Assembly (NCBI GenBank): GCA_976551045.1
Contig: CDPCPM010000010.1
Coordinates: 37,386,001 to 37,450,000, forward strand
DNA length: 64,000 nucleotides
Source of the DNA: Glaucostegus cemiculus
Taxonomy: Eukaryota
Direction: 5' to 3'
Shown here: piece by piece, positions 60,852-64,000 of the stretch
How the letters are laid out: each line of letters starts with the position of its first letter
Position numbering within the stretch: position 1 is the stretch's first letter
Notes under the pieces: model-generated
Told to the model about the DNA's origin: nothing
Seen by the model: only the letters and a program-made list of their open reading frames with translations
Databases searched by the model: none
Program-made: the position numbers and the translations under genes

Positions 60852-61020
60852 ATCCCACGGAGCCGCTGGCTATCCAGCTTCCACTGTGTCTGACCTGACG
60901 TAATGGTTGCTGTGTTGTGAAGGGGGCTGTCCTGATCACTAATCACAGCTCAGCTCCCGATTGGTGGAGAAGCTCTTTGATATTCAACCAATCAGGACAT
61001 TGCTTGTTTCTTAAAGCTGG
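60852..61020 (-). promoter_or_regulatory. B-type cPcdh promoter module (B7)
   Basis: TGACGTAA; TGAAGGGGGCTG (60918-60929); ATTGG (60960-60964)/CCAATCAGGA (60988-60997); TTTCTTAAAGC. Confidence 0.8.
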
Positions 61021-63242
61021 AAGGACTTAAAGATCAGCATAGCTATTCTATTTACTGGTGCACAACTAAAAATTATTTCAGCCTTGTGGAAATGTTTGTC
61101 TGTTCTGCTTTATGTTCTGTTGATTCAGTTCTCGTAATCGATCTCCTAATTCATATATTAAAGACCAAGCATGAAGAAACAGCGTATGAATGTAAAAGAA
61201 ATATAAGAGACAACAAATGGCTTAAGCATCCATTTCGATTCCTGACACACGTGATCTATCTTTTTGCGATTTTCCGGCATCCTCCAACCTTTGATTATTA
61301 ATCTAGAAACATAGATTCATATTTAATTCAAAACGGAATGATCGCTTGATTTTTTCGAGATTTTTTCGTTTTTCAAACAAACGTTTATTGGGACGATTAT
61401 TAATACTTGGATAATTAAATGAACAAAACATGTTTGTGAAAATTTGCTGGTACTAGATCTGAAATACTGCTGGAAATATTCGGTCAGTCAGGCTGCACTA
61501 GTGAAAAGGAAATCTGCTTCTGTATCACGCTTTAAATAACTTGTTGGAAAGGAAGTGTCAGTGTCTATGTGTTGGACTGTCTTGCAAAATATCACCCTGA
61601 ATGTTGTTTCAAGACATCTCTTTTCATGACTTGAAATGGAATACCTGTCACGAACTGTATATCCAGTTTTCATCAACAATACCCTGAATAGCAACCAGGT
61701 CCTCTTAGCTCTTATTGCATGATCACACCAAAAATCGAATTCTTTTATGGTGTCTGTCTGAAGTACTACAGAGCGATACGATCCAAGTTGCTGCATCCCA
61801 TCTAGTGGACCTCACGCTTTCATTTTCCTCGCCGTCCAAGTTTTCCTTATTATGAAGTTATGAAATTAGTTTCCCTGGCCCACCCTATACAGTCCACAGA
61901 TCATAGAGTTGTACACCGTGGGACTAGCCCTCCCATGTATTGGGAATAATTTTTACAACTTATTCTCCAGCAACGTAAGTTGCTCTGTCTTGCAAAGGAA
62001 GATAGGCACATTCATTTCGTTGTAACCTGAATGGTGGGTGAGTGTAATAAGTGAGAAAGTGGTGAAATAATGCAAACACGCAGAATCTTGCTGGCTCAGC
62101 CTACCATCAGTAATTGCAGTCGCGTTCTCTTCACTCCTGGACTTAGCAGGTCCAGAAATGGAATGCTTTGTTTGTTGAACATGCTTCTCCGACATTTCCA
62201 CCCACGAAATCATCCCGAAAGACTTGATGGCAGGTCAATCTTTGCCAGATGTCGTAGATGTCACTTAATAGCTGTTAAATATATTTGAAGCTAGACCATA
62301 CAAATATCTAAAAAAATAAAGCAATTTTTAAAAACGAAGGGTTGAAAACTGAGCGAAAATTAGTTGCGAACAACCTCAAGCAGCCAAAAAGACATTTTTA
62401 AACACTGAACTGAACCAAGACAATGAAAACATGTTTCAAACATTGCTTTCTCCGGGCGTTTCATCAGCTCATCGCAATAAGGTCGGAAATATGGATATTT
62501 GTTGATGATCATATAGTAATAACCTGTTTTCAAAAGTCCTCTGCAGCAACCAGTATTCGCTTGGTGAAAGTCCAGGACTACTTTCAGGTATGCAGTGAGA
62601 AATAACATTCAATCATAGCAACGATTGGGTACTGGCCATCAGAAACAACTGAAGGGTATTGAACACCTCTTAAATTCCATCACATTATATGGTTGAAGTC
62701 ACATGCAGTAACATCCTGGATTTCAATACGGATTAGGACCTTAAACAAGACAGGTAGATAAATATAAGTAAAACAAAAGGCCAGAGTGCGGATCCTTAGC
62801 ATTGATAGTCCCACTTCCTTATTGCCTGTAACTTTTCTATCAGCTGGAAGGAACTGGTCAGTATTATGATTGAGCAATTTACAGCTGTTTGGATAAGTAA
62901 CTTCAACAACATTCAAACCGTACGGCACCGTCGAAGACAAAGGTTCCCTCTTTTTCATCACTACAAAGACAAAGGTTGCTTTGTCTTCTTGAAGTATATT
63001 GTGGTAAATGCTAGCGGTGCTTCAAGGGCATATTTTAAATCTCTGCATCTGCAACCTTGGTGCATTAGGGCAACAAATTTATGATAGCACAGCAATATGC
63101 AAAGGTCCTTTGAGGCAGATTATTCGGACGAGATATATATTAGTATCTCACTATAATCACTGTCAAAATCCCAGAACTCACAACAAAATGCGTATGTCTG
63201 TGAGTGTACTATCACCACAATGACTACGGGAACTCAGGAAAA

Positions 63243-63990
63243 TCATAGAGTCATAGTTCACAGTACAGTCTCTTTGTCCATGCCAATTTGCAACAATCCA
63301 TCTACATTCATCCCATTTACACGAATATGGCCATTAGTCTTCCGTGTTCTGATAGTTCAAGCACTGGCACGCATATTGCTGAAATGTTGAAACTCTTGCT
63401 GGGTGTTCCTGATTACCACCACACTCTGGGTGAATAAATATTTTTCCAGATATCGTCTAAATCTCTTGCCCATCAAAACAAACAACTCCGCTCTACACTC
63501 TTCTCAGTCCTGATGTAGGGTCTCGACCTGAATACCCTACTATCTATTTGCTTCCACCGATGCTGCTTGACGCACTGAGCCCGTCCAGCAACGTTCTGCT
63601 CCAGATTCCAACATCTGGTGTTGAAACACAAACCTTTGTTCTCTCGTTTTCGACACTTCCGTTAGAGGGAAATGTTTCCACTTATTTCCCCTCTCTGTAC
63701 ACTTTATGACTTTGCATACCTGAATGATGGTCTCCTTTAGACTCTGCTGTTCCAAGGAATAAAACTCCAGCATCTATAGTCATTCTTATAAGTGGAAATC
63801 TCCACTCAAGGCATACCTGGTGAATCTTATTTGTACCATTTGCAGTTGAATTGTGTCATTCCCATCTTCATGTGAGCAATACTACACATAGTACTTCATT
63901 AGTGGCTTAACTAATGTTTTATAAACTTGTAGTATAACCTTCCTGCTTATGTCCTAAGCACCAGCAAATGAGATCTTCCATCACTAACAT
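63243..63990 (-). mobile_element. Old CR1-type remnant with a Penelope-derived insert (paralog of 46.1-46.8 kb)
   Basis: Antisense CR1 3' signatures; the insert carries cagtcctgatgtagggtctcgacctgaa. Confidence 0.55.
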
Positions 63991-64000
63991 CATAACCCCC

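Noticed and set aside
1-64000. CRISPR arrays, rRNA genes, prokaryotic operons, RAG-type recombination signals
   Set aside because: No regularly spaced repeats, rRNA-like sequence or conserved heptamer/nonamer pairs flanking the exons were seen. The locus fits promoter choice plus splicing, not DNA rearrangement.

Overview
Vertebrate genomic DNA, AT-rich, most likely from a cartilaginous fish (inferred from the repeat families and protocadherin type). It is the variable region of a clustered protocadherin (cPcdh) locus. Seven ~2.46-kb single variable exons lie on the minus strand, each encoding a signal peptide, six cadherin repeats, a TM helix and a short cytoplasmic tail, and each ending in a phase-0 GAG|GTGAG splice donor. 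Six are intact. The leftmost (3966-6435) is a pseudogene with two nonsense codons and a frameshift. Two sequence classes alternate strictly, labelled here B1, A2, B3, A4, B5, A6, B7 (B = MKY..., A = MRY...), and an eighth, A-type promoter sits at 1-90, so the array expanded as a ~17-19 kb two-gene cassette. Every gene has its own conserved promoter module (TGAAGGGGGCTG, an inverted pair of CCAAT boxes, TTTCTTAAAGC). All seven have an out-of-frame uATG exactly 16 nt before the start codon. Flank and coding comparisons suggest that B3 is a chimera made by unequal crossing-over, and there are signs of gene conversion. The spacers hold decayed CR1, Rex1/Babar-like, Penelope-like and tRNA-SINE elements, including nested insertions and hammerhead-ribozyme relics. 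No constant exons are visible. All alignments were done by eye, so repeat boundaries are approximate.
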